64,000 nt of DNA from Candidatus Poribacteria bacterium (GCA_964291315.2 OZ219753.1:2976001-3040000); one strand, 5' to 3'; positions 17,410-27,213 are shown, counted from the stretch's first letter. The notes: generated from the sequence alone by a model not told the origin. A program made the numbers and translations.

Positions 17410-19153
17410 GGGGGGTAATCTGTGATAAGTTGTTGTTCAGAGCATCCAACTTCTCTTTCAATATCGGCTCATGCTTGGCAAATATCGGATCCAGGGCAGT
17501 GTTTTGAGCGATACTTTTGAGGGTGATATGTGGAACCTGTTTATTGATGAAGCCACCCGCGATGCCTTTCGACTCATCCTTGAGTTTGTAGTAATCAAAG
17601 GCTCCTGTCAATAAGCGTTGTCGGGCTAGAGCAACAGCCACGCGGCTGGTATCAATCGTTATCCAGCGTCTGCCCCACTGCTCAGCAACATAGGCAGTGC
17701 TGCCGCTTCCACAAGTTGGATCGAGGACAAGATCACCGGGATCTGTGGTCATGAGAAGGCAGCGTTCAATGACTTTTGTTGAGGTTTGAACAACATATCT
17801 ACGATCATGAGCGCCTCCTACATCATTCCATAGATGATCAAGCCGCTTGACAGGAAAATCAGAATATTTCTGTACATAACCCGGCCTTACTCCAGAACCC
17901 CACACTCTGTCGGCAGCTAGCAATGACTTCATTCCAGCCTCAGTAGTTTTCCAACTGTACCGCCCTCGCTTGATAACTCGACCTTCAAAATGAAAGTCGT
18001 AGTAACAAGACTGGCCATAACCCGTAGACAACAGGTTACCAAGTGTGAATGGAACAGCACCATCCGGTAGCAGCGACGGTTTTTGCTGTTCCTCTCGAGT
18101 CATTTGACGTTTGGTTCCATCAGCTAACTCAACATATTTATATGATGTCCCTTCGCCGATATCCTTTGAGATAAACAATGGGCGGTATTTGCATTTGCTT
18201 TTGTTTATCGCAAACCACAAAATATAGTCACAACGACTAACAAGCAACTTGCTACCTAACGGGGAAGTCTTAGTAAAGGTTATCAAACTTACAAAATTCT
18301 CACTTCCGAAAACTTCGTCCATGACACACCGCACCCGATGCACATTCTCATCTCCTATCTGCACAAAAATACTGCCGCTATCGGTCAACAACTCCTTCGC
18401 AACAATCAACCGATCCCGCAGATACGCAAGATATGAGTGGATACCCAAACGCCACGTATCCCGATACGCCTTGATCTGCTCACGCTCACGCGTCAAGTCC
18501 TGGGGACGCTCTCTTACGTCCCGCTGAAAAGTGCTCGGTTGGAAGTTAGAGGCAAACTTGATACCATACGGCGGGTCTATGTAGATCATCTGCACCTTGC
18601 CTCCGAGATTTTCACGTTGTGCAAGGGAACTCATCACCGTGAGACTATCCCCAAGAATGAGGCGATTCGCCCAATCCACATCGTGCTGGTAAAAGTCAAC
18701 AGCTGTGCTGTAATCCTGCTGCGGATCAGCGAAGAGTTCACGTTGGACGTTTTGGCGCTTTGCGGTTTTCAAGATTGCTTTGCTGCTGATGCGTTCGTGG
18801 ATGTGGAGTGCCACGGGGTCGACGCTGAGGGCGGCTGTCTCCTGTTTGCCTGCCCATTCAAGCCAGGGGGCGTGGTGTCGGAGTGCCTCGGCGAGGGTCT
18901 TTGCCTCCTCTGCGGAGAGGGCGCGCTGCTGTGCGGTGTGGAGGAGTTCGGGGAGTTTGTCTGCGTCTGCGTCTGGGTCGGATCGGAGGCGGGGTGGCAG
19001 GTGTGGGTTGTATGCGTATTGCCGTTTCGGGGGCTCTTGGATCTTCCCTTGTGCGGCGATGCCTGCGGGCGGGTTATTCTTTCGCGTAGCGGTGGCGTGT
19101 CGGTAGTCAGCTACGTGTTTTTTTGTTTTGGGCGTAGTTCTTTTTTTGGACAT
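17372..19153 (-). CDS. mod: Type III Mod-like DNA adenine methyltransferase, N-terminal part (frameshift-truncated)
   Basis: NRLILGDSL, QMIYIDPPYGI (motif IV), target recognition region, VLDPTCGSGSTAYVAEQWGRRW (motif I); beta-class motif order. Confidence 0.9.
   Translation of the reverse strand: MSKKRTTPKTKKHVADYRHATATRKNNPPAGIAAQGKIQEPPKRQYAYNPHLPPRLRSDPDADADKLPELLHTAQQRALSAEEAKTLAEALRHHAPWLEWAGKQETAALSVDPVALHIHERISSKAILKTAKRQNVQRELFADPQQDYSTAVDFYQHDVDWANRLILGDSLTVMSSLAQRENLGGKVQMIYIDPPYGIKFASNFQPSTFQRDVRERPQDLTREREQIKAYRDTWRLGIHSYLAYLRDRLIVAKELLTDSGSIFVQIGDENVHRVRCVMDEVFGSENFVSLITFTKTSPLGSKLLVSRCDYILWFAINKSKCKYRPLFISKDIGEGTSYKYVELADGTKRQMTREEQQKPSLLPDGAVPFTLGNLLSTGYGQSCYYDFHFEGRVIKRGRYSWKTTEAGMKSLLAADRVWGSGVRPGYVQKYSDFPVKRLDHLWNDVGGAHDRRYVVQTSTKVIERCLLMTTDPGDLVLDPTCGSGSTAYVAEQWGRRWITIDTSRVAVALARQRLLTGAFDYYKLKDESKGIAGGFINKQVPHITLKSIAQNTALDPIFAKHEPILKEKLDALNNNLSQITPPASHKTPRKTQT
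17408..17415 (+). repeat. G8 homopolymer tract at mod frameshift
   Basis: aagc GGGGGGGG taatc; G7 fuses both parts into 984 aa. Confidence 0.9.
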
Positions 19154-19196
19154 CGTGTCTCCTCTTTTAGAAAAATTTGTGATAAACAGAAATATA

Positions 19197-19225
19197 AATA
19201 TAGCAGATAGGTGTTTTTAGGTCAA
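19197..19225 (-). promoter_or_regulatory. Promoter of mod
   Basis: Minus strand TTGACC-17bp-TATATT with TGn extension. Confidence 0.55.
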
Positions 19226-19286
19226 CGGAAAAGTAAGGGGTGTGATAGGGTGGGTACCAACCTATAGGAAAAGGGGAAATTGAGAG

Positions 19287-19359
19287 CTCCCCCAGACGGA
19301 CTCGAACCGCCGACACGATGGTTAACAGCCATCTGCTCTACCAACTGAGCTATGGGGGA
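19287..19359 (-). tRNA. tRNA-Asn (GTT), CCA not encoded
   Basis: TCCCCCA/TGGGGGA acceptor stem, AGCTCAGTTGGTAGAGC D-arm, CT-GTT-AA anticodon loop, GGTTCGAGTCC T-arm; 73 nt. Confidence 0.97.
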
Positions 19360-19371
19360 ATATTGGTATTA

Positions 19372-19485
19372 ATTATAACCTATTTTGCTATCGTTTGCAA
19401 ATTAAATTTCACTTTTTCTGGAGCGCGCGCGAAACAGGCTGACCTTAATTATACCCAAATTCGCGAACGCTTGCAAATTAAATTT
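19372..19485 (-). promoter_or_regulatory. Tandem duplicated promoters for tRNA-Asn
   Basis: Two TTGCAA-17bp-TATAAT (19400-19372 and 19476-19448), each preceded by AAATTTAAT. Confidence 0.7.
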
Positions 19486-19528
19486 GTGGGCCGTTATCCA
19501 ATAGGCAAGAACGGATTTGAATCTTAAA

Positions 19529-21868
19529 CTATTCCACAGAAAAGATGGCTGTTTTACCAGTTGCGATCCATCTTGCAAGCACGCTCTGTTCGGGAATGCT
19601 TACGTTCCTATGCTCAAACGGTTCCGCTCCGAAGTTAGCGAATATTTCCACTGTATCGCTAAACGTCGTGCGTTGGATTAATCGGTCGGGGCTTATCCAC
19701 TCGAAATGCGTCATCGGCTGTCCGCCGATTTGTCGATGCAAGGGCGAGAAGAAGGCGTAGTATCGTTTTATCCACTTTCTATGCTTTGAAAACCTAGGTA
19801 TGTTCAGATGATACAACGGCGGTACATTGTAGAGCAGCTCTAAGAGTGCTACTGTTGCGACTGCATTTTTAAACTTAAGGCTGCTGTATCCCCAATGATG
19901 CGTGGTTATCACCGAATCGTGAAACACCGTTTGGTAAAGCGGGAGACGGAAGCGAGGGTCATAATAGAGATAAAAATAACGCGATTTGAGAGGTACCTGT
20001 TTGACGTGGATTGCCGGTGCCTCGGGGGGCCAGTATCCGCCTACATAGTAAGGCGAGTTTTTGTCGTTCATATCTGGATCTCCCCAACCGATGACAGGGC
20101 TCATCATCCCGTGTGCGAAATGGATTGTTCCTGCAGCGTAGGCTGAACCGCCTTCTGAGCCGACAACTAGGTCGTGTGTATTGCGAATCCACGTCATACG
20201 TGCCAACCGCGCCTTCATGTCGTCGAGCTGAGTCGCGGGATGCGAAGGCGAATAATCGTCAAAGAGTTCACCGTAAGCGTCACAGTCTATGAACCATGAG
20301 TTAAAGCCGTTTGGCATCTGTGCAAGGATACTGTTGACGCGATTTTCGACATAAGGCTTTGCGGCGATCGGGCTTAAGTGGTAACCTTTCTGCTTAAATC
20401 CCTTGCTTTTCGTTCCATCGGCGTTGACAATCGCTCCACTTTCATAAAGGGATGCGTCGAACTGTGCGGTTTCCCATGTATCTTTTTCGTTTGGCGGGTG
20501 GATGCTGTGATAAGAGTCGTAGGGGGCAACCAAGTAGCCGAGTCTTTTCGCTTTTGCAACGGCAGCGGGGTGTCGGAACCCCTCTTGCCATGTGTCAAGA
20601 CCGAGCCAGAGTCTATCTAGTCCATTTTCTGAAAGACGTTGCAAGAGTTTGACAGAGAACCCGTCTCCCCATTCATCAGGGTGGCGTAGGACGTTCGGAA
20701 ACGCTGCGTAGAGCAGGAGAACGTTGCGGCGGTAGAGCTCCGTCAGCGAGAGTGTAGCGGGGACTCTAGAGCAGAGTTCCTGCGTTTCCGGTGTAAGAGA
20801 GATACCTAACCAAGCCGTGGGGTTGTAAAAATTTGGTTTCTCCAGCTGCTTACTTATCGCGCGGCTCATAACCCGCAGGGCGTAATTAGAAGGACGATCC
20901 GATTGGGCAATCTCTTGGAGGGCTTTCCGCGCTGCTGCGTTTAGTTGTGAAAAGAGGCGGGATTCAACGTTTTGTGCTGTCCATTGATCTCCGCCACGGT
21001 TGAGCTTTACAGCGAACGTCTTCCAATCCGTCACGTCGTATCGGCTGAGCAATTTACCACCCCAGAGGTAGGCGTGCGCAGCACCTAGCAATTTCTCTGC
21101 CTCAGGGGTCTGTTTGATCTTCTCAGCAAACGGAACGAACTCACCCTCCTGCTGTAGCCATCGTCGATATTTCTTGGCAGGTGCAACGGGCGACGCTTCA
21201 GTGAGTGATATTCGGAGTCCGTATCTTTTCTCCTCCCAATTCGGGGTGAAGGTGTGTGATACCTGCATCCCCAACGCGGCTCCTTTTTCAGTCTTATCGA
21301 ACAGAATCTGGTTGTTGAAAGGATTCGTTAAAATATAGGTGAGGGTTCTTTCCCGGAGATCCAGTCCCCAAAACGGCATAGAGAGTCCCGCCGTTGTGTT
21401 TATCGGGCCCTGTTCAGTGAGAAAATCTTGCCATGTTTGATCATGTTTCGGCACGTAGCTTCCTTCAAAAAAAGGGAAAATATAGGCGTGGATAGGCTCA
21501 GTGTCTTCGATGATCGGCCACACTAAAGTTCGCGTATCGTTTGCCGGAGCGTCCTGAACGAATTCAAAGCTGAGTGAGTCCGCTGTTAGTTGCGTATGGA
21601 GTGTCAGAAAACGTTCAGGCAATTTCCAAGTGGCGGTGTCGATTTCTTGAGAGAGAGCCGTTGCACTGCCTAATCCTGTCTGTCCGGATGAAATCCCGAT
21701 CGTGATATCGGTGTGCGCGGGATAGGCGTTGACAGCAAGCGTCTCGAGAATAATCTCAACGTCCCAGAGGTCATTGCTGAGCCGAATCTTTTCAGGCGGG
21801 ATGCCTATCCCTATAGAAGTCAGCAGAAACATCCCAACTGCTAGAAAGTAAAGCTGTGGTTTAAACAT
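19529..21868 (-). CDS. Secreted glycoside hydrolase, GH129/GH101-like
   Basis: Signal peptide; GYLVAPYDSYH, WFIDCDAYGE, VVGSEGG, RLPLYQTVFHDSVI, LLYNVPP. Confidence 0.7.
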   Translation of the reverse strand: MFKPQLYFLAVGMFLLTSIGIGIPPEKIRLSNDLWDVEIILETLAVNAYPAHTDITIGISSGQTGLGSATALSQEIDTATWKLPERFLTLHTQLTADSLSFEFVQDAPANDTRTLVWPIIEDTEPIHAYIFPFFEGSYVPKHDQTWQDFLTEQGPINTTAGLSMPFWGLDLRERTLTYILTNPFNNQILFDKTEKGAALGMQVSHTFTPNWEEKRYGLRISLTEASPVAPAKKYRRWLQQEGEFVPFAEKIKQTPEAEKLLGAAHAYLWGGKLLSRYDVTDWKTFAVKLNRGGDQWTAQNVESRLFSQLNAAARKALQEIAQSDRPSNYALRVMSRAISKQLEKPNFYNPTAWLGISLTPETQELCSRVPATLSLTELYRRNVLLLYAAFPNVLRHPDEWGDGFSVKLLQRLSENGLDRLWLGLDTWQEGFRHPAAVAKAKRLGYLVAPYDSYHSIHPPNEKDTWETAQFDASLYESGAIVNADGTKSKGFKQKGYHLSPIAAKPYVENRVNSILAQMPNGFNSWFIDCDAYGELFDDYSPSHPATQLDDMKARLARMTWIRNTHDLVVGSEGGSAYAAGTIHFAHGMMSPVIGWGDPDMNDKNSPYYVGGYWPPEAPAIHVKQVPLKSRYFYLYYDPRFRLPLYQTVFHDSVITTHHWGYSSLKFKNAVATVALLELLYNVPPLYHLNIPRFSKHRKWIKRYYAFFSPLHRQIGGQPMTHFEWISPDRLIQRTTFSDTVEIFANFGAEPFEHRNVSIPEQSVLARWIATGKTAIFSVE

Positions 21869-21923
21869 TTGTAGATATCCACGGTGAGAGGCAGCGTTTG
21901 AAAGGTGCCTGTGTGAAAGTCCG

Positions 21924-22682
21924 CTATTTTGATAGTTCCTCCCATAAGGCGCGATAGTAATTCATGACACGCATGGGGTCAGTGCTGCCTGGGATTTCTG
22001 CAAGCGTATAACCTGCGTACCCTGACGTTTTCAAGGCGGTAAAGAGCTCGCGCCATGGATACTCGCGGCGATAGAGTTCCGTGATATGCACCAGACCGAT
22101 TTTGTCCTTCACTAGCTCAAAGTTGTTTTGGATAGAACCGTCTTCGACTTCAGCGAAGTTGGAATTCCAACAGACGTAGACGTTATCGTGGTCGGCGACA
22201 TCAATAATGGTTCGGATGTGTCGGAGTTCAGACGTGCCACTGCCGTGTACTTCCAGGCGGATCTGAACGCCGAGGTTGGCAGCGAATTCGCCACACTCTC
22301 GTAGTGCCAATCCGATTTGCACCAATGTTTTTTCGACAGGTACTTCCACGGGGAGCCCGTTCGGACGCACCTTAACGCCGGGGGCCCCGACATCCGCCGC
22401 CAGTTGCGAATACAGCTTTGTGCCTTCTATGTTCTGACGGACGATCGCTTGATCTACAACGTGATAGTCAAACGCAGAACCTAAACCGGCAATCTCAATT
22501 GGGGAATCCTCAAATTGTTGTTTCACAGCTGCTCGTTCACTTGTTGAGCGCTCGACTTCAACGCCGTGTGCATGCGTTGTCCGCAACTCCACGCCCTCGA
22601 ATCCTGTCGCCACACACGTTTCAATAATTGTAGCGATATCCCAATTTTTTGCCATGTTATATGTAACCAAACCGAGTTTCAT
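21924..22682 (-). CDS. Sugar phosphate isomerase/epimerase (xylose isomerase-like TIM barrel)
   Basis: GFEGVELR, IRLEVHG, VHITE, YTLAE metal-binding pattern. Confidence 0.85.
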   Translation of the reverse strand: MKLGLVTYNMAKNWDIATIIETCVATGFEGVELRTTHAHGVEVERSTSERAAVKQQFEDSPIEIAGLGSAFDYHVVDQAIVRQNIEGTKLYSQLAADVGAPGVKVRPNGLPVEVPVEKTLVQIGLALRECGEFAANLGVQIRLEVHGSGTSELRHIRTIIDVADHDNVYVCWNSNFAEVEDGSIQNNFELVKDKIGLVHITELYRREYPWRELFTALKTSGYAGYTLAEIPGSTDPMRVMNYYRALWEELSK

Positions 22683-22691
22683 AAACTCTCC

Positions 22692-23264
22692 TTATTCAAA
22701 AAGTTGTGCAACTTGACACGTGAATCCCTCTATAACCTCTTCACCGGTAAGCGTGTCGTCAATGGTGAGCGTTTTGATGTCCGTTTGTGAGCGATAGCAG
22801 GTTACCGTTTTCCCGACCGGTTCGATAACCCACACAAGCGGAGTGCCGGCATCCAGATAGGCAAATGCCTTTTCAACTACCCGATATTGAATATCCGTTG
22901 GTGAAACAACTTCAACGGCGAGGTCGGGCGGCACAAGGGATACCTGCCGTCTGTTCTCAGGCAACTGTGCTGTCGAAACAAACGCGATATCCGGTTTAAC
23001 TACCCGATCCCGCAGCTTGAAGTTAGTATCCGCCGGATACAAACGTCCCAACCGATGCTCACGAACATGCAAACTTAAAAGAAAACTGAGATTCATACTA
23101 ATATCCCCGTGTTCCATTGTCGGTGGTGTCATCGGTATTAATTTCCCTGTCACATATTCGTACCCCTCTAAATCGGATTGACAAAATTCATCTAGCGTCA
23201 TGTCGGTCTCTATCGGTGCAAGGGATATCGCTGCTTGTTCATAACCGTTTTTTTGGGTATTCAT
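22692..23264 (-). CDS. Uma2 family endonuclease
   Basis: KPDIAFV, PDLAVEVVSP, YLDAGTPLVWVIEP; ATG 23264 behind GGAGG. Confidence 0.92.
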   Translation of the reverse strand: MNTQKNGYEQAAISLAPIETDMTLDEFCQSDLEGYEYVTGKLIPMTPPTMEHGDISMNLSFLLSLHVREHRLGRLYPADTNFKLRDRVVKPDIAFVSTAQLPENRRQVSLVPPDLAVEVVSPTDIQYRVVEKAFAYLDAGTPLVWVIEPVGKTVTCYRSQTDIKTLTIDDTLTGEEVIEGFTCQVAQLFE

Positions 23265-23300
23265 CAAGGTTCCTCCGCCTTCAACGCGTGCTGTTTTCAA

Positions 23301-23329
23301 TTGCATCCCACGCGATTTTTTGCTATAAT
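23301..23329 (+). promoter_or_regulatory. Sigma70 promoter
   Basis: TTGCAT-17bp-TATAAT with TGn extension. Confidence 0.65.
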
Positions 23330-23368
23330 GTTCGTCAGAAGATCAAAAAGTTTAAGGAGAACCCCCAC

Positions 23369-24196
23369 ATGGCTTACGTGCTTGAAGACGAATTTGGTGA
23401 TATTATTGGTAAAGCCCGGCGCGGTCAACACCTGTCTCAGCGTCAAACCGCCACCGCTGCTGGCATCACAGAGGCAGACCTCAAGCGTATGGAAAAGTAT
23501 ACCTTAAAACCGACAGAATCGCAAGTTTTTCGGCTTGCAGCGGCACTCAATTTAGACGGAACGAAATTGCTTGATATTGCGAGAGAGGCCTGGGAGCCAG
23601 CTCCGCTTCAACAAGCAAGCGATGCGAATCTAGAGGTTATCACGATCCGTGCGCCCGTTGGGGGGTGGCCCGTGAATGCCTATCTGTTGGTATGCAATGC
23701 CAGCGATGCCGCTGCAGTTATTGACACGGCTGCACACCCGGATCTAATTTTGGCAGAAGTCGACGCGCGTGCTCTGAAACCGACTGCGATCCTCTTGACG
23801 CACGCCCACAGTGACCACACCGATGGACTACAGCAACTTCAAACCGCTATCGGATGTGAAACGTATATCCATAAGAACGAGCCGAAACCGCAGAGCAACA
23901 AACAGTTGTGTGAAGTTTCACACGCAGATACCCTCTGTGTCGGTGAACTGACAGTAACGGTTCTTAATACACCGGGACATACCCCCGGTGGCTGTAGCTT
24001 CCTCACGGAGAACACAGCATTCGTCGGGGATGCGATCTTCGCAGGTTCAATTGGGGGTCCTAATATCTCTTATCAGGCTGAAATTGAGAGCGTGCGGGAC
24101 AACCTCTTGTCGCTTCCAGCTAGGGTTAGACTTTTCCCGGGGCACGGCCCTGCCACGACTGTGGGCGATGAGAAATTACACAACCCGTTTTTCTAA
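23369..24196 (+). CDS. Metallo-beta-lactamase fold hydrolase with N-terminal XRE-type HTH
   Basis: THAHSDH, TPGHTPG, GDAIF, PGHG; N-terminal IGKARRGQHLSQ..AGIT..LKRME; AAGGAG RBS before ATG 23369. Confidence 0.88.
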   Translation: MAYVLEDEFGDIIGKARRGQHLSQRQTATAAGITEADLKRMEKYTLKPTESQVFRLAAALNLDGTKLLDIAREAWEPAPLQQASDANLEVITIRAPVGGWPVNAYLLVCNASDAAAVIDTAAHPDLILAEVDARALKPTAILLTHAHSDHTDGLQQLQTAIGCETYIHKNEPKPQSNKQLCEVSHADTLCVGELTVTVLNTPGHTPGGCSFLTENTAFVGDAIFAGSIGGPNISYQAEIESVRDNLLSLPARVRLFPGHGPATTVGDEKLHNPFF

Positions 24197-24328
24197 TTTT
24201 TCGAGATATACGAATTATTTTATCATGCAGAGGCGGTTAAAATTGCGTAAAGCGGCTGGGTGATGCTTGGATCATCCGCAAGGCGCAATAAAACGGTAGC
24301 CGGATTTAATCGTAAAAAAAATAAAAAA

Positions 24329-25351
24329 TTGCTTTCGTATCTACTGCAACGTTTTCTCTCTATGGGTTTATCGCTATTAGCGGTATCGCTTCTTGTGTTT
24401 TTGATGGTACATCTGATTCCGGGCGATGCCGCTGTCGCTATTTTGGGAGAACGTGCCACCGAAAAAGCACTCACTGAACTCCGACAAGAAATGGGATTGG
24501 ACAAACCGCTCTACTACCAATATGCCAAATTCTTGTCGGATATCGCACATTTGGACTTCGGACGTTCCTTTAAAACAAAACAACCTGTCATAGACGAAAT
24601 CAGGCGCTATTTTCCCGCAACTGTTGAATTAACTCTCGCAGCGATGGCGTTTTCGATTGTTTTCGGCATCGCCGCAGGGGTGATAGCTGCCGTCTCACGT
24701 GGAACGTTTTGGGACTATTTTACCATGTCCGTCTCCCTCGCTGGAATTTCTATGCCCATTTTCTGGCTGGGTTTGATGCTTATCTTATTGTTCTCCTATT
24801 TTTTCTCGATACTTCCAAGTACAGGACGCTTGGATGTGATTTTAGATTTAGAGATTCAATCGCGCACCGGTCTCTACCTGATTGATACGCTTCTTGCGGG
24901 TAACTTTGGGGCTTTCCGCAACGCGATCGCGCATCTAATACTTCCTGCGGTCACGTTGGGCACTATCCCGTTGGCAATTATTGCCCGGATGACTCGGTCG
25001 AGTCTACTTGAGGTGCTGAATCAACCGTATATTAGGACGGCCTACGCGAAGGGTTTGTCGGGGTGGAAGGTCATCGGCAAACACGCCATGAAAAATAGTA
25101 TGGTGCCTGTTTTGACAATCATCGGATTGGAGTTTGGCTATCTCATGGGTGGGGCTATCCTGACCGAGCACATCTTCTCGTGGCCCGGGCTGGGTTCGTG
25201 GTTGCGCGCCGCCGTTGAAGCTCGCGATGTGCGCGCCGTACAAGGGGGCGTGCTTTTCGTTGCAACGGTTTTTATGGTCGTCAATCTTCTTGTGGATCTG
25301 CTGTATGTCTATTTCGATCCGCGTATCCGGGTGGAGGACGCTGCCAGATGA
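24329..25351 (+). CDS. Peptide/nickel ABC transporter permease (DppB/OppB family)
   Basis: LIPGD, DFGRS, ARMTRSSLLEVL, YIRTAYAKGL, DPRI; TTG start at 24329 inferred. Confidence 0.92.
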   Translation: MLSYLLQRFLSMGLSLLAVSLLVFLMVHLIPGDAAVAILGERATEKALTELRQEMGLDKPLYYQYAKFLSDIAHLDFGRSFKTKQPVIDEIRRYFPATVELTLAAMAFSIVFGIAAGVIAAVSRGTFWDYFTMSVSLAGISMPIFWLGLMLILLFSYFFSILPSTGRLDVILDLEIQSRTGLYLIDTLLAGNFGAFRNAIAHLILPAVTLGTIPLAIIARMTRSSLLEVLNQPYIRTAYAKGLSGWKVIGKHAMKNSMVPVLTIIGLEFGYLMGGAILTEHIFSWPGLGSWLRAAVEARDVRAVQGGVLFVATVFMVVNLLVDLLYVYFDPRIRVEDAAR

Positions 25352-26202
25352 GTTCCCCGGCAACCGATGCGAATCAAGAATACGTGTTTCGGCGGTTACG
25401 TCGACACCGTTCTGCTATCATCGGTGCCTCTATTATCCTATTTCTTGTGTTGGTTGCCATTTTTGCCCCGTTCATCGCGACGCATGATCCGAGGCATGCC
25501 GATGTCGCTGAACGGCTTAAAGGTTGGTCAGCTGCCCACTATCTCGGCACCGATGGGGTTGGACGCGACATTTTCAGCAGGGTCGTCTACGGGACGCGCA
25601 TCTCGCTGAAGGTTGGACTGATCGCGATGACCTTCTCGCTCGGGTTTGGCACGTTGTTCGGGGCAATCGCTGGGTATTACGGTGGTAAACTCGACAACCT
25701 GACTATGCGACTCATGGACATGATGCTTGCGATGCCGAGCATCCTCCTTGCAATGGTTATTGTCACTATTTTAGGACAGAGTCTCACGAATGCGATCATC
25801 GCTGTTTCGATTGTTTATATCCCGCAATATGCTCGAATTTTACGGGCTGCTGTCCTGAAAGTTCGCGAATTAGACTACGTCGTCGCTGCGCGGGTGATAG
25901 GTGCGAGCGACCTCCGTATCCTGCTGACGACTGTTCTCCCGAACTGTATCGCCCCTCTGATTGTGCAAGCCACTTTGGGGATTGGTGCAGCGATTCTAGA
26001 CGCGGCGGGGCTCAGTTTTTTAGGACTCGGCGCGGAGATCGGTGAACCGGAGTGGGGGGCGATGCTCAATGAAAACAGAAAGTTTATCCGCCGCGCCCCG
26101 CTTACCGTCACTGCTCCGGGGATCGCTATTTTTCTTATCGTTTTAGGGTTCAACCTCCTCGGTGATGCCCTCCGGGACGTGCTTGACCCACAGATAGATT
26201 GA
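25348..26202 (+). CDS. Peptide/nickel ABC transporter permease (DppC/OppC family)
   Basis: LGTDGVGRDIFSR, LSFLGLG, EWGAML, GDALRDVLDP. Confidence 0.92.
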   Translation: MSSPATDANQEYVFRRLRRHRSAIIGASIILFLVLVAIFAPFIATHDPRHADVAERLKGWSAAHYLGTDGVGRDIFSRVVYGTRISLKVGLIAMTFSLGFGTLFGAIAGYYGGKLDNLTMRLMDMMLAMPSILLAMVIVTILGQSLTNAIIAVSIVYIPQYARILRAAVLKVRELDYVVAARVIGASDLRILLTTVLPNCIAPLIVQATLGIGAAILDAAGLSFLGLGAEIGEPEWGAMLNENRKFIRRAPLTVTAPGIAIFLIVLGFNLLGDALRDVLDPQID

Positions 26203-26305
26203 GAGTAGTTGTCAAGAAGCCTTGTTGTAGATGTCGACTGCAGTAGTCGTTTATAAATAGATAATTCTGCTTGATATTTTCAGTCGTTTGAGATACCCTA
26301 TCTAC

Positions 26306-27127
26306 ATGCCAACAAACGTTCCCAAAAAACAGATTCAATCCACGGGCAATTTTCGTGCTCTTCCTGTCGACGTGCCGGAGAATTTGACTAACATCCGAGT
26401 CATTCTTTCTGAACCGCGCGAGCCCGGAAACATCGGCTCAGTCGCCCGGGTTGTAAAAGGAATGGGGTTGTCACAGCTCTATTTAGTGAACCCTGTCTCA
26501 TTCCAGGATGTGGATGCCTCGTGGTATATGGCGCACGGTGCACAAGATATTCTTGAAAGCTGCCACGTCGTGGCAGAGCTCAAAGATGCACTTGAGGGTA
26601 TCCAATATCTTGTCGGAACGACACACCGTCGCCGCGATATCCGTCTGCCACAACCTGTTTCTGCCCGTGAGGCTGCACAGACAATCGCTGCCATTTCGCA
26701 AGATAAATGCGTTGCGCTCCTATTCGGACGCGAAGATTTTGGTTTGTCTACGGATCAACTCAGTCTGTGCCAATTGACGGCAAGCGTGCCTATGGCTACC
26801 AAAAACCCGTCTCTGAACCTGGCGCAAGCGGTCCAAATTTTCGCCTATGAGGTTTTCGTGGCGAGTTTAGAGGAGTACCCGCCGTCCGAGATAGACTATG
26901 CTGAAATCAACGCCTTAGAAGAATTCTACGCACGCGTCACGCGTCTGCTCGATAAAGTAGGCATGTCGCCGTATAATGGCGAGTGGGAAACGTATCTGAA
27001 GTCGTTGCGGCGTGTCTTCTCCCGCGCCCCCTTGGAGCCGAGGGACATCGCCACACTCGACATGATTTTCTCTACGACGTATCGACATATTGAGCGGTTA
27101 GAGAAAAAAAAGGAAACGACACAGTAA
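26306..27127 (+). CDS. trmJ: TrmJ/SpoU family tRNA/rRNA methyltransferase
   Basis: PGNIGSVAR, LLFGREDFGL, SLNLAQAV..YE. Confidence 0.8.
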   Translation: MPTNVPKKQIQSTGNFRALPVDVPENLTNIRVILSEPREPGNIGSVARVVKGMGLSQLYLVNPVSFQDVDASWYMAHGAQDILESCHVVAELKDALEGIQYLVGTTHRRRDIRLPQPVSAREAAQTIAAISQDKCVALLFGREDFGLSTDQLSLCQLTASVPMATKNPSLNLAQAVQIFAYEVFVASLEEYPPSEIDYAEINALEEFYARVTRLLDKVGMSPYNGEWETYLKSLRRVFSRAPLEPRDIATLDMIFSTTYRHIERLEKKKETTQ

Positions 27128-27213
27128 GTATCTTGCGGTGTTACGGCTTTAACTTTCAGAGAATAGACAATATGCAGTAGAATTTGCAGCACTGCTTTGT
27201 AATAGCGAAAAAG

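Noticed and set aside
18437-19210. 257-aa plus-strand ORF opposite mod, and similar long antisense ORFs such as 5924-6745 and 41142-41855
   Set aside because: Shadow frames of well-supported genes with no recognisable motifs
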